Shown: positions 22,160-33,919, counted from the stretch's first letter. The stretch is 35,672 bases of DNA from Hypanus sabinus (GCF_030144855.1 NC_082721.1:61380001-61415672); one strand, 5' to 3'. Made by a program: numbers and translations. Notes: generated from the letters alone by a model not told the origin.

Positions 22160-22702
22160 TGTAGAGAGTAGTGCTTGTCACTCTCACGTTCAGCTTCCAC
22201 CGCTGGCTAGCAGTCTCGTGAAAGGTGAGCTGAATGTGTAAGTCTCTCCCTGCCTCTCCAACAGCAAGCCTCACATGGTGCACCTCACTGGTGACACACA
22301 GAAACTGAACTCCTTTCAGACTCAGGCTGAACTACAGAGGACGGGGAGGAGGTCTGGCCCCTGCACACATAGCACACAGGCCCACTGGTATGTGGACATG
22401 CCCTGGTGCTCGCAAACCAGATTCTCAGTTATGGGTAAATAGCTCCACTGCCTTGTAGGCAGCATCAGGAAAGACGAAGGCTACAGGAGTAAACCCAGAC
22501 AGCAAATCCTAAGTGGAGCCCTTAAAGTGGCTGTACGTCATTCAACATCCGTCCAGCAGCTCCTGCAGCCAAGCTGGTACCAAACGTACTACTTCATGAG
22601 CTTTCCTTTGGACTTACAGGGCTGAAGCAGAGAGAGGGATGGTGCCAAATGGGCAGCTCAGGATCTCCATACCTTCCACCCAGGCTTGTGATGATCATCA
22701 TT
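22160..22702 (+). mobile_element. non-coding structured retroelement (RTE-like, second family)
   Basis: 5' stems gagagt/actctc and cacgttcagctt/gagctgaatgtg; shares aagctggtaccaaac...ttcctttgga with 13851-14408; ends in tgatgatcatcat. Confidence 0.5.
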
Positions 22703-22879
22703 GTCCTTCCAGACAGACAGACAGATGTATGTATGTAGAGTACAACATTGAGTCTCACCTTCCCCTTGGACAGCATCAGTGCAGAGTCAAAAATAGACAA
22801 CACAACAATATGAAGATAAGAGTCGTGACGAAGGGTCTGAGGCCAAAACCACAACTGATAACTCTATTTTCATCAAGAG

Positions 22880-23185
22880 AATAGCCAGAGGCTTTTCACC
22901 AGGACAGAATCTGCTCATACAAGGGGTTTAATTTTAAGGTGATTGGATTACAGTGTAGGGAGGGTGTCGGGGTAGTTCTTTTTTTTAAAAAAACACAGAG
23001 TGGTGAAAGTGTGAAATGTGTTACCAGGGGTGGTGGCAGAGGCAGATAGGGGCAATAAACAGACACATGGGTGAAAGAAAAATGGAGGGTGATGCGGGAG
23101 GGAAGGGGTAAATTGATCTTTGAGTAGGTTAAAAGGTCAGCACAATATCATGGGCTGAAGGGCCTGTACAGTGCTGTAGTGTTCT
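22880..23185 (+). mobile_element. CR1 LINE 3' end
   Basis: atagccagaggcttttcaccagg...aattttaaggtgattgga...acacagagtggtg...catgggctgaagggcctgtacagtgctgtagtgttct. Confidence 0.8.
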
Positions 23186-23324
23186 GCAGATTTCAGGTAG
23201 ATGTTCCAGTTGCACACTCTCTTGGTGACTGCGTGGTTTCTCCTGCTTCCTCCTATATCCCAAAATGCACTGGCTGTAGCTAGATTAGCTGCTGTAAACT
23301 GACCCAGAGACTCCAAGCAGAGGC

Positions 23325-23570
23325 CATGGGTTAAGGGTGAAAGGTAAAATGTCTATGGGGATCATCAGTGGAAACTTTTTCACTCAGGGGGTGGTAAGAG
23401 TGTGGCAGAAGTGGTGGATGCCGGTTTGATCTCAACATTTAAGAGAAGTCTGTATAGGTACGTGGTTGTGGAGGGTCTGGGTGCAGGTCTATGGGACTAG
23501 GTAGAAGAATAGTTCAACACAAAATAGATGGGCCGAAGGCCTGATTCTGCCCAGTACTGCTCTACAAGTC
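23325..23570 (+). mobile_element. CR1 LINE 3' end
   Basis: agaggccatgggttaagggtgaaagg...ttttcactcagggggtggtaagagtgtgg...gatgggccgaaggcctg. Confidence 0.72.
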
Positions 23571-23724
23571 TATTTAGGGGGTGGTAGAGGTTGAAGTGGG
23601 AAAGACGGGACTATACGAAGTACAAATTGGGATCAGTGTCAAATGAGAGTAAATTGGTGTTTGGTGTTTGGCGTGGACTCACCGTGCTGTAAGGCTCTAT
23701 AGCTCCAATAACTTTTCACTGTTC

Positions 23725-23968
23725 TTTACTTAGAGATACAGCCCTGGTAGCAGCACCTTCCAGCCCAACAGTCCCAGTGACACCCATATGACAAATTAAC
23801 TTACTAACCTGCAAGTCTTTGGAATGCAGGATGAAATTGGAGCACGCTGAGGAAACCCACATGGTCGTGGGACAAGTGTACAAATTCCTTACAGACAGTG
23901 GCAGATTTGAACCCTGGTCACTGGCTCTGTAACAGTATTGCACTAACTACAATGTGATAGTGCCACCA
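23725..23968 (-). mobile_element. V-SINE
   Basis: gtctttggaatgcaggatgaaattggagcacgctgaggaaacccacatggtcgtggg...aattccttacagacagtggc...atttgaacc. Confidence 0.8.
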
Positions 23969-24064
23969 TATGGACTCCTCACCATCCCAATCACACTCTC
24001 TGCAGACACCAACAGCCTCATGTGAGGACGTTCAGCCTCTGAGTCAGAATGAGAAGTACTTCCA

Positions 24065-25307
24065 ATATCCTTTCCTCAAGCAACATTCCCCAATCAGCTT
24101 CTCTCTCCAGGCATCTCACTACTACCTGTGGGATCTTGATGGCGAACTTCAGGAAGGTGAAGTCGAGGGAACACACGCCAGTCCTCCTAGAGGGATCAGC
24201 AGCGGAAAGTGAGCGCACTTTCAAGTTCCTGGGTGTCAACATCTTTGAAGATCTATCCTGGGCCCAACATATTGATGCAAACACGAAGGAGGCATGAGGA
24301 GATTTGCCTTGTCATCAAAAACTAGCAGGTCTCTACAGGTGTACCATGGAGAGCATTCCGACTTGTTGCTCCACTGTCTGATTGATAGGGGCCACTGCAC
24401 AGAACCGGAAATAACTGCAGAATGTTGTAAACTCAGCCAGCTTCATCATGATCACTAGCCTTTCCAGCATCTAGGATATCTTCAAACAATGACACATCAA
24501 ATAGGTGGCATCCTTCATAAGGACCCCCACCATCTGAAACATTCCTTCTCATTGCTGCCATCAGCTACAGGATCCTGAAGACCTACACTCAAAATGTTTT
24601 TGAAACAGCTTCTTCCTTTCCACCAACAAATTTCTTAATGGTCTATGTACCCATGTACACTTTCTCACTATTTTTACTCTACTTTTTTAATACATTTCTT
24701 AACACAGTTTATAGTATTATGTTTTGTATTGTATGTCTGCTGTAAACCAAAACATTTCATGACATACAGTACTGTGAAAAAGTCTTAGGCACATATACAA
24801 CGAGGGTGCCCAAGACCTTCTCACATGTTTTTGTCTATGTGGAGTGGAGAGCAAGTTTGTAAATCTGGCAGGAGCAAAGGATGTTGGGAATTGTGAGGGT
24901 GGAGTGATATGGGAGGGGTGTAGGACAGGTGGCAGAGAAGTACTGCAAGGGGCGGGGATGCAGACACACCCAGCCCTGGAGATACCTGGCAAGGTCATTT
25001 GATTCCAAACAATTAGTTTATTGATCATTACAGAATGTCTCTCCGGTTCTTCCTGTTGCCTCCCTTCCTCTTTTCCCAACCATGATTCCTCTCTCCCTGC
25101 CCTTTTCCCACTCTCAGTCCACAATAGAGACCTGTATGAGAATCAGGTTTATCATCACTCACATTTGTCATGAAATTTTTGTTTTGTGACAGCAGTACAA
25201 TGCAATACATAAAATCACTTCAGTACAGTGTAAAAGTTTTAGGAAGACAGACAAACCCAAGACTTCTGCACAGTACTGTACATCAGTGATAATAAACCTG
25301 ATTCTGG
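24065..25307 (+). mobile_element. Rex1/Babar LINE RT-end fragment, tail split by a MITE
   Basis: ANFRKVKSREHTPVLLEGS...FKFLGVNIFEDLSWAQHIDANTKEA (ORF 24049-24297); tail catgacata | catcagtgataataaacctgattct. Confidence 0.85.
24767..25278. mobile_element. Tc1/mariner-type composite MITE
   Basis: TA at 24765-66 and 25279-80; TIR cagtactgtgaaaaagtcttagg / cccaagacttctgcacagtactg; non-coding interior. Confidence 0.82.
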
Positions 25308-25896
25308 TGCCAGCAAGAGGCCCTGCTGACTGTGGAAGTTTGCGTAAAAAACCTGAATTAAAACAACTTTTGTGTGAAGTGCTTCAAAACTTCTTAACAC
25401 AAGCCCTGTAAATGTGCAACTTTGTGAAAGCCACTGTATGATATATTTCCCCCAGCTGTCAAAAGAAATTCTCAGTCCCTGCATTACATCTGCCAAAATA
25501 AAAAGCTTGAAGACTTTCCTGATTTACTGAGAGCTATCCACTGCCCAGTCCTGTATGGTGAGGGGAATTTATAATGGAGCTAGGTATTTGCTCAAAACCA
25601 CAATTCCCAATTGAGAAACCATACACAAATAAATACAACTTTCCTACAAGCATTCAACAACTTCCAAAATAGGAAAATCTGCAACATTTTTACTGTATTG
25701 GAAGATTTTCCAGACTTAGTAAGTTGGGACACCTTCCTTTGGAGGTATGCAAGGAGCTGGATGGGGGGTTTTGCTCATGGTCTTTCCAATGCTGGAGCAG
25801 AGATGGAGGTGTTTCCTCATCTAGCAGAGCTCCAAAATAGAGGCGTTTGCCTCATCTGGTCACTGACAAATCCAGCTGGAATTCCATCATTTGTTC

Positions 25897-26185
25897 AAAA
25901 TCAGGTTTGTTATCACTGTCATAACTTTGGCCTGAACAACTGAACCTTTTGACCATGTCTGCATGCTTTCATGCATTGAGTTTTTGCCACACAGTTGGCT
26001 GATTAGGTATTAGCATTAACCAGCAGGTGTACAAGTGTCTCTAACAGAGTATTTGTGAACTTTACTGCTTCATGGCAGCAGTACAGTGCAAGACAAAACA
26101 TTACAAAAATAAATAAATAGTCCAAAAGCAGATGTTAATGGGCCGTTCAGAAATCTGGCAGTAGAGGGGAAGAAGCTGTTCCTAC
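25897..26185 (-). mobile_element. Rex1-type tail containing a Tc1-like end fragment (about 25926-26050)
   Basis: aatcaggtttgttatcactg...; gaacaactgaacctttt...ttggctgattagg...caggtgtacaagtgt matches 2748-2860. Confidence 0.7.
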
Positions 26186-26469
26186 CCAGGAGTGCTATAC
26201 AAAGGGCAGTTCAACAACAGCTTGTACATACACAGCATTGTTCAGGTAGCAAGTATCCATCGCCATCAGCAACAGCTGATGCAATGGTATTGATGAGTTT
26301 AAAGGGAAGCTACATTCATGTCCAAGAGATCAATGAATAAAACATTACCAATGGGCAAGATTGTATACTTATTGTCCATTATTAATTCCCTCAGCAGTGA
26401 GTGGCATGTTGTCTCTTCATGGGCAGCAGTTCAGAATGAACCTCACTGGTGGGTGTGGGATCACACATG

Positions 26470-26752
26470 TTCAGGAGACAGTGGCATCCATCGTAAAGGA
26501 GCCTCCCCATCTGGGGCATACCATCTCGGAGGATGTACAAGTGCCTGAAGGTCTGCACTCTCACTCAGTGACAACTTCTTCCCTTCCGACATCAGATTTC
26601 TGAATGGTCCCATGAACACTACCTTGCTATCCTTTACAGTACCTGCACCATTTATTTTGTAATTTATAGCTACTTTATGCCTTTGCACTCCACTGCTGCC
26701 ACAATTAAATACATTTCAAATCATATAAGTCAGTGATAATAAACCTGATTCG
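26470..26752 (+). mobile_element. Rex1-type LINE 3' end
   Basis: ggcatccatcgtaaagga...cagatttctgaatggtcccatgaacac...gtcagtgataataaacctgatt. Confidence 0.75.
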
Positions 26753-26970
26753 GATAGGTAAACTCTGTAGATTTCCTTCCACATAGGAATGGGTTATTTT
26801 GACAGTCTGGTAGATCCACGGCAAATTTCCAAATTTATGCTTAAACTCCCCAGTGTTCATGGTGGGACTTAATATCCTATTTCTAAGCCAATAATCCAGG
26901 CTTCTGGATGCTCATTCAGATACTATCAATGCATGTGATAGAACATAAAGAGCTAGGATATGTCTGAAAG

Positions 26971-27064
26971 AGGATCTAATGCTTTCCCGGCGTACATAAC
27001 AAATAAACTCTTCTCAAGTTTCCATACCTGTACCCGGCTGTAAGCCCGAGAAGAGTTTATTCGT
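26971..27064. mobile_element. Penelope-like element remnant with inverted pseudo-LTR ends
   Basis: Perfect 14-bp inverted repeat aataaactcttctc (27002-27015) / gagaagagtttatt (27048-27061); atacctgtacccggctgtaagcccgagaagag resembles a recalled PLE terminus. Confidence 0.55.
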
Positions 27065-27068
27065 AGGA

Positions 27069-27431
27069 TAAAAGGGATTGGACAGGCTAGATGCAGGAAG
27101 ATTGTTTCCGATGTTGGGGAAGTCCAGAACGAGGGGTCACAGTTTAAGGATAAAGGGGAAGCCTTTTAGGACCGAGATGAGGAAAAACTTCTTCACACAG
27201 AGAGTGGTGAATCTGTGGAATTCTCTGCCACAGGAAACAGTTGAGGCCAGTTCATTGGCTATATTTAAGAGGAAGTTAGATATGGCCCTTGTGGCTAAAG
27301 GAATCGGGGGTATGGAGAGAAAGCAGGTACAGGGTTCTGAGTTGGATGATCAGCCATGATCATACTGAATGGCGGTGTAAGCTTGAAGGGCCGAATGGCC
27401 TACTCCTGCACCTATTTTCTATGTTTCTATG
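27069..27431 (+). mobile_element. young CR1 LINE 3' end
   Basis: Open frame DRLDAGRLFPMLGKSRTRGHSLRIKGKPFRTEMRKNFFTQRVVNLWNSLP...FKRKLD, CpGs retained, clean tail tttctatgtttctatg. Confidence 0.92.
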
Positions 27432-27973
27432 ATTATAAAAATATACTGATATATTGAAACAAAATACACCGAGCATACTGATGTACAATGCTTCCTTTTA
27501 CCACCTAGCAGGTGATATACCTCCAATCCTTGTCCACACCAACATTCAGATTCAGATTTATTTCACATCTAAGTGTACAGTAAAATGTGTCATTTGTGTT
27601 AAGAACCAACACACCAAAGGGTGCTAGGGGCACACAAGTGTCACCGGACGTTCTGGTGCCAACACAGCATGCCCGCCAGAACACAAAACACAAGTGACAG
27701 AGCAACAGCAAACTCCATTCCTCCCTCCCACCCTCCCACACCATCCTCAAACCACAGGAAAGGCTGCTTTCAGCCTCCAGCTGACTCATGGATTGGCCAA
27801 CCGTCCCATTGCAATGATGCTAAATCCACTTAAAGCTGAATGGTAAACAGAGGCTCCAGTTAACATTGACACATTCCCCTTGGGTCTCCAGCGTAAAGTG
27901 CCCCAGTTACGGACACTCCTACATATGAACCAACTCCCTTAGCATCATGAAATTCAGAAGTTTGATATATGTA

Positions 27974-28340
27974 CAGCACTGTGCAAAAGTCTTAGGCGCA
28001 TATATAATTCAGCTAGGTTGCCTCAGCCTTCAGCACAGTGATGAATTTGTCAGCGTGGAGCAGACAGCCAGTTTTGTAAATCTGGCAGAAGCAGCCAGTT
28101 TCGTAAATCTGGCAGAAGCAAAGGATGTTGAGAATGTTGAGGGTGGAATGCCATGGGAGGGAGTGTGGAACAGATGACAGAGGAGAATAGGGGGCAGTCA
28201 CATCCAGCTCTGAGACACTGGGCAAGGTTATTTTATTCCAAACAATTGATTTATAGATCATTACAGAACGTCTCTCTGGTGCTTCCCTTCTCCCAACCAT
28301 ATTCCCCTCTCCTTGAGCCATTCTCACTCTCAGCCTTATA
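27974..28340. mobile_element. second, right-truncated copy of the 24767-25278 MITE
   Basis: TA then cagcactgtgcaaaagtcttaggc; interior collinear with 24840-25120; 27-bp tandem duplication at 28065-28118. Confidence 0.8.
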
Positions 28341-28552
28341 GAACTAGTTTCCTCTCAAAAGTCAAAGTTAAGTTTATTGTTATTTATACATGTATATATG
28401 TGCAGAAATGCAACAAAAAACTTATCTGACACACATATTAGCAGTTATCAAAAAAAATTAAACACAATGCTTACAAAAGAGAACTCAATTGGAGAGAAGA
28501 AAGTCCTCTTAACACAAGTAGTCACAGTGTTGTAAACTGTAGTGATTAGGGT

Positions 28553-28648
28553 AACACACATAAAATGCTGGAGGAACTCAGCAGGTCAGGCAGCATCTAT
28601 GGAGAGGAATAAAAAGTTGACATTTTGGGCTGAGACTCTTTATCAGGA
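28553..28648 (-). mobile_element. Penelope-like terminal repeat with decayed hammerhead motif
   Basis: aacacacataaaatgctggaggaactcagcaggtcaggcagcatctatggagagg...; reverse complement cctgataaagagtctcagcccaaaatgtcaac. Confidence 0.72.
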
Positions 28649-29201
28649 TTAGGGTTGCATCAATTGGTTCAACAACCTCACTATTTTTTGTTTGTTTTCA
28701 TATTTCTTATCGAAATTCATAGCTTTGTAAAAAATCGCGCAAGGTACTGCTGCCATAAAACAAATCTCACACCGTGCATCAATGATATTAAACTTGATTC
28801 TGAACCGAATGGTTGAAGGGAAGTAGCTGTTTTCAATTGATTACCTCTGTCCACCTTTAGTATTTGTCCCTTCTAATCATCTTTAAGTACTTTTGATGGC
28901 ATCAGCTCAACATTGGTGAGGTATGCTCATCATGTCAAGTAATTTGTGTTTCCAACTTACAGACAAAAGTCAACTTAGGGACGAAACCTTGTTCATTGCC
29001 CGTGGATGAGCTACATTAGAATTTGTTGGATTCTAATTCGGTGGCAGTTAGCAGCTGGATATTTATAACCTTTTAAAAGTGCAAGCAAGTTAAATTCAGC
29101 AACTCTGATCATTACTTCCACATTAATCCAAAAAAAGTCCATTTGCGGCAGACACACCCAACAACTCAGTGCCCATTCTGCTGATGTGGAGCTTAGCCAC
29201 A

Positions 29202-29392
29202 CTGACGTCAGATCTTTCAGGACTATCTCCCTCTTACAGGGGCCGTGCAGTGGTCCTGCCTGGGAGTCTATTCACATCTGTGAGAACTACCAAGCAGCGA
29301 CCTGCCAACAGAATTTGCCCATACAACGCATTCGCTCCAGGCTGACCCACACCCTGTTTTCACCAGTTCTGACTAGAGGTGGGTTTGAGTCA
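29202..29392. promoter_or_regulatory. candidate enhancer (CRE plus AP-1)
   Basis: Perfect palindrome CTGACGTCAG at 29202-29211 and TGAGTCA at 29386-29392 in non-repeat sequence with locally retained CpGs. Confidence 0.3.
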
Positions 29393-29499
29393 CGTAGTAA
29401 AAGACACGGCAAAAATCAGCCAGTGAGCAGAAAATATCGATCAAATGAAAACAGTCAAAAAAGGATGAAGCTATTAGAATTTCAAGTTATATTGTAATA

Positions 29500-29960
29500 C
29501 GCCCAGTCCAGCACAGGTAAAACCCACCCCACCATTGAACATATTTACAAGGACTGCTGCCACAAGAAAGCAACATCCAAAGACTCCTACCAACCCAGCC
29601 ATGCTCTCTTCTCACTACTACCATTTGGCGGGAGGCAAAGCAGCCTTAGGTTTCACACAAGTAGATTCAGGAACAGTTATTACCCTACAACCATCAGGCT
29701 CGTGAACCAGTGTGGATAACTCGACTCAGCTCAACGCTATAGATTCCATACCCTATCGATCCACTATCCAGGACTCTATAGCTCATGTTCTCAGTATTCC
29801 TTACTTACTTATATTTTTATTTAAACAACTTATCTTCTTTTGCCCATTGGTTGTCTATGTATAGTTTTTCATAAATTCCATTAATTTTCCTGTAAGAGGT
29901 TGCAAGAAAATTAATCTCAAACCTATGCGTATTTTGTAAACAAAGTTACTTCAAATTTGA
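29500..29960 (+). mobile_element. Rex1-type LINE 3' end
   Basis: gcccagtccagcacaggtaaaacc...gattcaggaacagttattaccctacaaccatcaggc, collinear with 18865-19352. Confidence 0.78.
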
Positions 29961-30489
29961 AAGCATTGAAATAAGAAAATCAGATTTTTAAAAATTCCAC
30001 CACATATGAGAGAAAGATATTTTGTGGCCCTTTAAGTAAATTGTAATTTTAGACACACTGTCACTCTAGAGTTAGCAAAGCAATGTTTCCCTCTATGAAT
30101 TGGCAGGTTCCTAATCTGTTCAGGGAGTCCGAGTTACTCAGGGATTTCCTCTAGCTCTTGGTTTAGTTTTTGGATTAAGACGACCTACCCCACAGTTGAT
30201 TAATAGGTCTTTGCTCATGGAGAAGGGATAAGAACTGTAGCTAATCAAATACTAAGTTTTCTGCTGAAACTACTTAAATTTAATGAACTACATTTTCAAA
30301 TAATTATAGCAAAATGCTCCAACATTCCTGAATATTTAGTTTATATTTCACCAACTTAACTAGTCTTGCAGTTAATCCTAAAACTGATCAACATTAATTA
30401 AATATTGCCAGAGCTCTATTATTTATTATCCCCACAAACATTTAATCACTTCAATTATTTACACAAGGGGAAATATGTTTTATTTCTTT

Positions 30490-30770
30490 TTTATTTAGAG
30501 ATACAGTGTGGAACAGGCTGGCCCAAAAATATGTGCCACCCAGCAATCCACCTATCTAACCCTAGCTTAATCACAAGACAATTTACAGCCACCAGTTAAT
30601 CTACTAACTGATACGTCTTTGGACTATGGGAGGGAAGAACTCACAGAAAACCCACGCAGTCACGCAATGAGCATACAAAATCCTTCCACACAGCACCAGA
30701 ATTGAGTTCTGAACTCTGATGCCCTGATCTGAAATAGCTTTGCACTAACCGCTCCGCTATGGTGGCACCC
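30490..30770 (-). mobile_element. V-SINE
   Basis: tacgtctttggactatgggagg...aaaacccacgcagtcacg...cactaaccgctccgcta. Confidence 0.72.
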
Positions 30771-31545
30771 ATTTTTTGGTGTGATTTTTCTTTTAATTTA
30801 ATCATATTTCTAAGTATGAGCTACTTTAGCCTCTGTTTTCTCAGCTTAAGATAAGACATTGTGTGATCATAACATACAATCTCCCTCTCTCATTTTTAAG
30901 TTGCTAAAATTGCACTCATGATCATCAAATATGGTAAGCCACTGCAATATAGCCAATATTTATTCTTAGTCATTCAAATCTGCTGTCCTTGATGTTTGCA
31001 GTTAACATGTCTGTGCTTTATACTCTATGGAAATTGTTATCTACAATGGAAATAAAATTTTCCAAATGTAATACAGCACACAGCCAAAACTATAATGCAC
31101 AGACTACTGGCGACGAATTTCAGTCATTATTACCATGTTTATTGTTTCACATTGGGGCGCATTAAGGTTGTGAAAAGCTCTACAGAAATCAAAGCCATTT
31201 TTAAAAAAACTATTAATCCAACAGGTAAAATCTCTCACAGAGTGTTCTGGGAATTGTATGTAAAAATGTAGAAAACATGCTTAAAATTCAGGCATCTCTC
31301 CTTACCCAACTGCTTTTGAAAAAAATCACATTTTCATTTCGGAACCCTGCTCATTTTTCACTCTGTGCCTCTTTCATAGCTAAACGTCAAATAGGTTTTG
31401 TACTGATCACCTGACTCCACGACTAACAGAAGAAATTAAAGTATTTCACGATGAAGAGCAAGCAGACTGCTTAATAGTCACACCTTTCTTCAAAAATCCT
31501 GGAATGTAACCAATTGCTCTTAAAATAACATGAATAATCTAAAGT

Positions 31546-31615
31546 AACACACAAAATACTGGAGGAACTCAGTAAATCAGGCAACATTGATTGAAAGGAA
31601 TAAAGAGTCAACGTT
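31546..31615 (-). mobile_element. Penelope-like terminal repeat fragment
   Basis: aacacacaaaatactggaggaactcagtaaatcaggcaacat...agtcaacgttt. Confidence 0.62.
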
Positions 31616-32659
31616 TAATGGGTTAATCTAAATAGACTCTCAGTGAAAATGGATTTTTCTCTCCTCTCGTATTCTTGGGTTAAATGAATTGAAGTTCAAA
31701 TACTTCTTCAAATTAACATTACTCAATTCATATCCATTTCACTTAATTATAATTTTATTTTGTATAATTCTTTATAATTGCTGGATGTTGTTTTGTTGTA
31801 CATCACACCAATACACTGCAGCAAATTCCTAATACATGTAAATGTGTATGGTGAATAAAGTCGATTTTTGTACCTCTTGCTCCTACAAGTACAAAACTCT
31901 CAGAATGCATTGTATCATCCTTCAAACTTCAAAAAATTCCAAATATTAACTTGTACCAAAAATTACAGATTTTAAAATTAGTCTGAAACTAATTGCTTAC
32001 TTTTTTCTCTGGAAATTCAACCTAATTGCACTTGAATGCTTTTACTCCTTTTAGAACACACTTTTCAGTTATTTTACCCATTTTGCTTTCTCTTAATCTC
32101 TTTTAATTCCTCCTTTCTCTCGTTTTATTTGATTTGTATCCTTTGCTCTGTGAAAAGATGCCACAACTCCTCAATTTGCTCATTGGTTCTATAAATATTA
32201 AATAATTCTCTACCTTAAACTATTTTAATAGACTTCCGTCCTAGTACGCTTATTTTGTTTATCTTTCCCTTAGACTTTGCCCTTTTAATCTAATTCCTTC
32301 CTAATTTCCCATTCCTCTAATACTTTCTCCATTTAGGGCAAAATGTCTCTATTTTAAATTACTCTCGGTGACTTGCATTAGAAGGAGAGAATGTGGCTCT
32401 GGATCTCTCCTCAAGGATCTGAAGTCGTCGTCAATGCCATTCGGGCCGGTCACGACGCCGAACATCCGTCCAGTGAGTCATCTCCAATTACCGTCCGGCG
32501 GGTAAATAGACACTTGCGAGTCTATTTGCAAAAGTTACCCCAAATGAGCGCTCGGGTGCCACCCGCCCCTCTCCCTCAGAAAGTATCGGGGCTCTTTTAA
32601 AGGAAATAATTGACTCAGATTCGGTGGGTGACGGGTCTAAAACCGGACCAAGCTCTCCG

Positions 32660-32730
32660 CAACACACACAAAATACTGGTGGAATACAGCAGGCCAGGCA
32701 GCATCTATAGGGAGAAGCACTGTCGACGTC
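32660..32730 (-). mobile_element. Penelope-like terminal repeat fragment
   Basis: caacacacacaaaatactggtggaatacagcaggccaggcagcatctatagggagaagcactgtcgacgt. Confidence 0.65.
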
Positions 32731-33214
32731 CGCTCTGCCGCTGCCAGTCCCGCGAAAGTGCGACTCTGGTTCCAGGCGTTTTATACAAAATTTTCCCAAA
32801 CTTTCTTGGGGTGTATTCCAGAGCACATAGCACAAAGCAATGCTCCCTCAATCTGGACGGGGTTAAATGTAAAGAGATTAAAGTTGCAATAACTTCACTG
32901 GTTAGAAATCTTACTTCGGACTGGAGGTGAGAGGTGGAGCAGGTCACCGCGGGTGTCCCTTCTTCTCCTCCCCAGAGTCTTGGACTCGCCCCAAACTGGT
33001 TTTGGCTTTCTATGGGTAGAAGGAGAGAGCGCTTCCCTCTCTTCCCCTTCAGCTCTGCTATCACAGAGTTCCCACCCAAGCCGGAAACTCTAATCCGCTC
33101 CTCCATCTGAGAGCGTGGGGAACATCCACACCAGTTTCTCGGCTCCTCCTTCGGTTCTTGAAGGAGGGGGGAGTGTGGGAAAGGCGGTCTTGGGTTTAAA
33201 GAAGTGGGTACACC

Positions 33215-33540
33215 CACCAACCCATCCATCCTTACCCTCGCACACACCCCATATTCCCACCCACACCTCTGCACGCACACGCACCCCACATCCCCAATCA
33301 CACATATCCAGTACTCGCCACATCCCCTAATGCACAAACACCCTCACCTACCCCTCGCACATACACACACGTACGCGCATATGCACAGGCACACCCCTGT
33401 AGTCACCCGCATATAATCCACGCAAACGCCCACCCATACACACACACCCTCATACCTACGCATGCGTGCACACCAACATCCACACTCACATGTACATCAT
33501 GAGCCACACCCATACTCACTCGTGTACGCGCACACACAGC
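33215..33540. repeat. degenerate (CA)n low-complexity tract
   Basis: cacacacccc, acgcacacgcac, catacacacacg; source of the spurious His/Thr/Pro-rich and Cys/Val-rich ORFs. Confidence 0.85.
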
Positions 33541-33544
33541 CGAG

Positions 33545-33693
33545 AAGTTGGATGTAGGATAGCTTCTTAATCAGTTTAGGGCGCCAAATGCTACGGGAGA
33601 ATGGGGTTGAGAGAGATAGTAAATCGACCTTGATGGAATGGCGGAGAAGACGCGACTGGCCTAATGGCCCAATTCTGCTCCTATGTTTTATGG
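33545..33693 (+). mobile_element. CR1 LINE 3' tail
   Basis: gaatggggttgagagagatagtaaatc...gatggaatggcggag...aattctgctcctatgttttatgg. Confidence 0.78.
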
Positions 33694-33919
33694 CCGCTCC
33701 CTTTCGGTTGTAAACTGTGCAGATACCGCCCCGATAGCCGTTCCCCATCACGGAGCTGACCCAGGGAACTGAGGCGACTCCTCACCAGATGCCACGGGAA
33801 CTCCACCGCAGATCTCAAATAAATGGCTACCGCCCTCAACCTTCCCAAGAGAGACAAGAAACCACTTCGGGAGTTGAGCCATAGACTGGAGACATCGTTG
33901 AAGCTTGTCCAGCATGAGC

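Noticed and set aside
25310-25489. Strong minus-strand acceptor followed by an open frame DVMQGLRISFDSWGKY...
   Set aside because: No credible donor; the frame runs into a Rex1 tail and MITE
27895-29013. Tigger/pogo-like MITE ends around nested insertions
   Set aside because: The putative TIRs (ccccagttacggac / gttcattgcccgtgg) are too degenerate to support
32705-33416. Long ORFs (210 aa on -, His/Pro-rich on +)
   Set aside because: They arise from the stop-poor (CA)n/GC-rich tract and show no protein-like motifs
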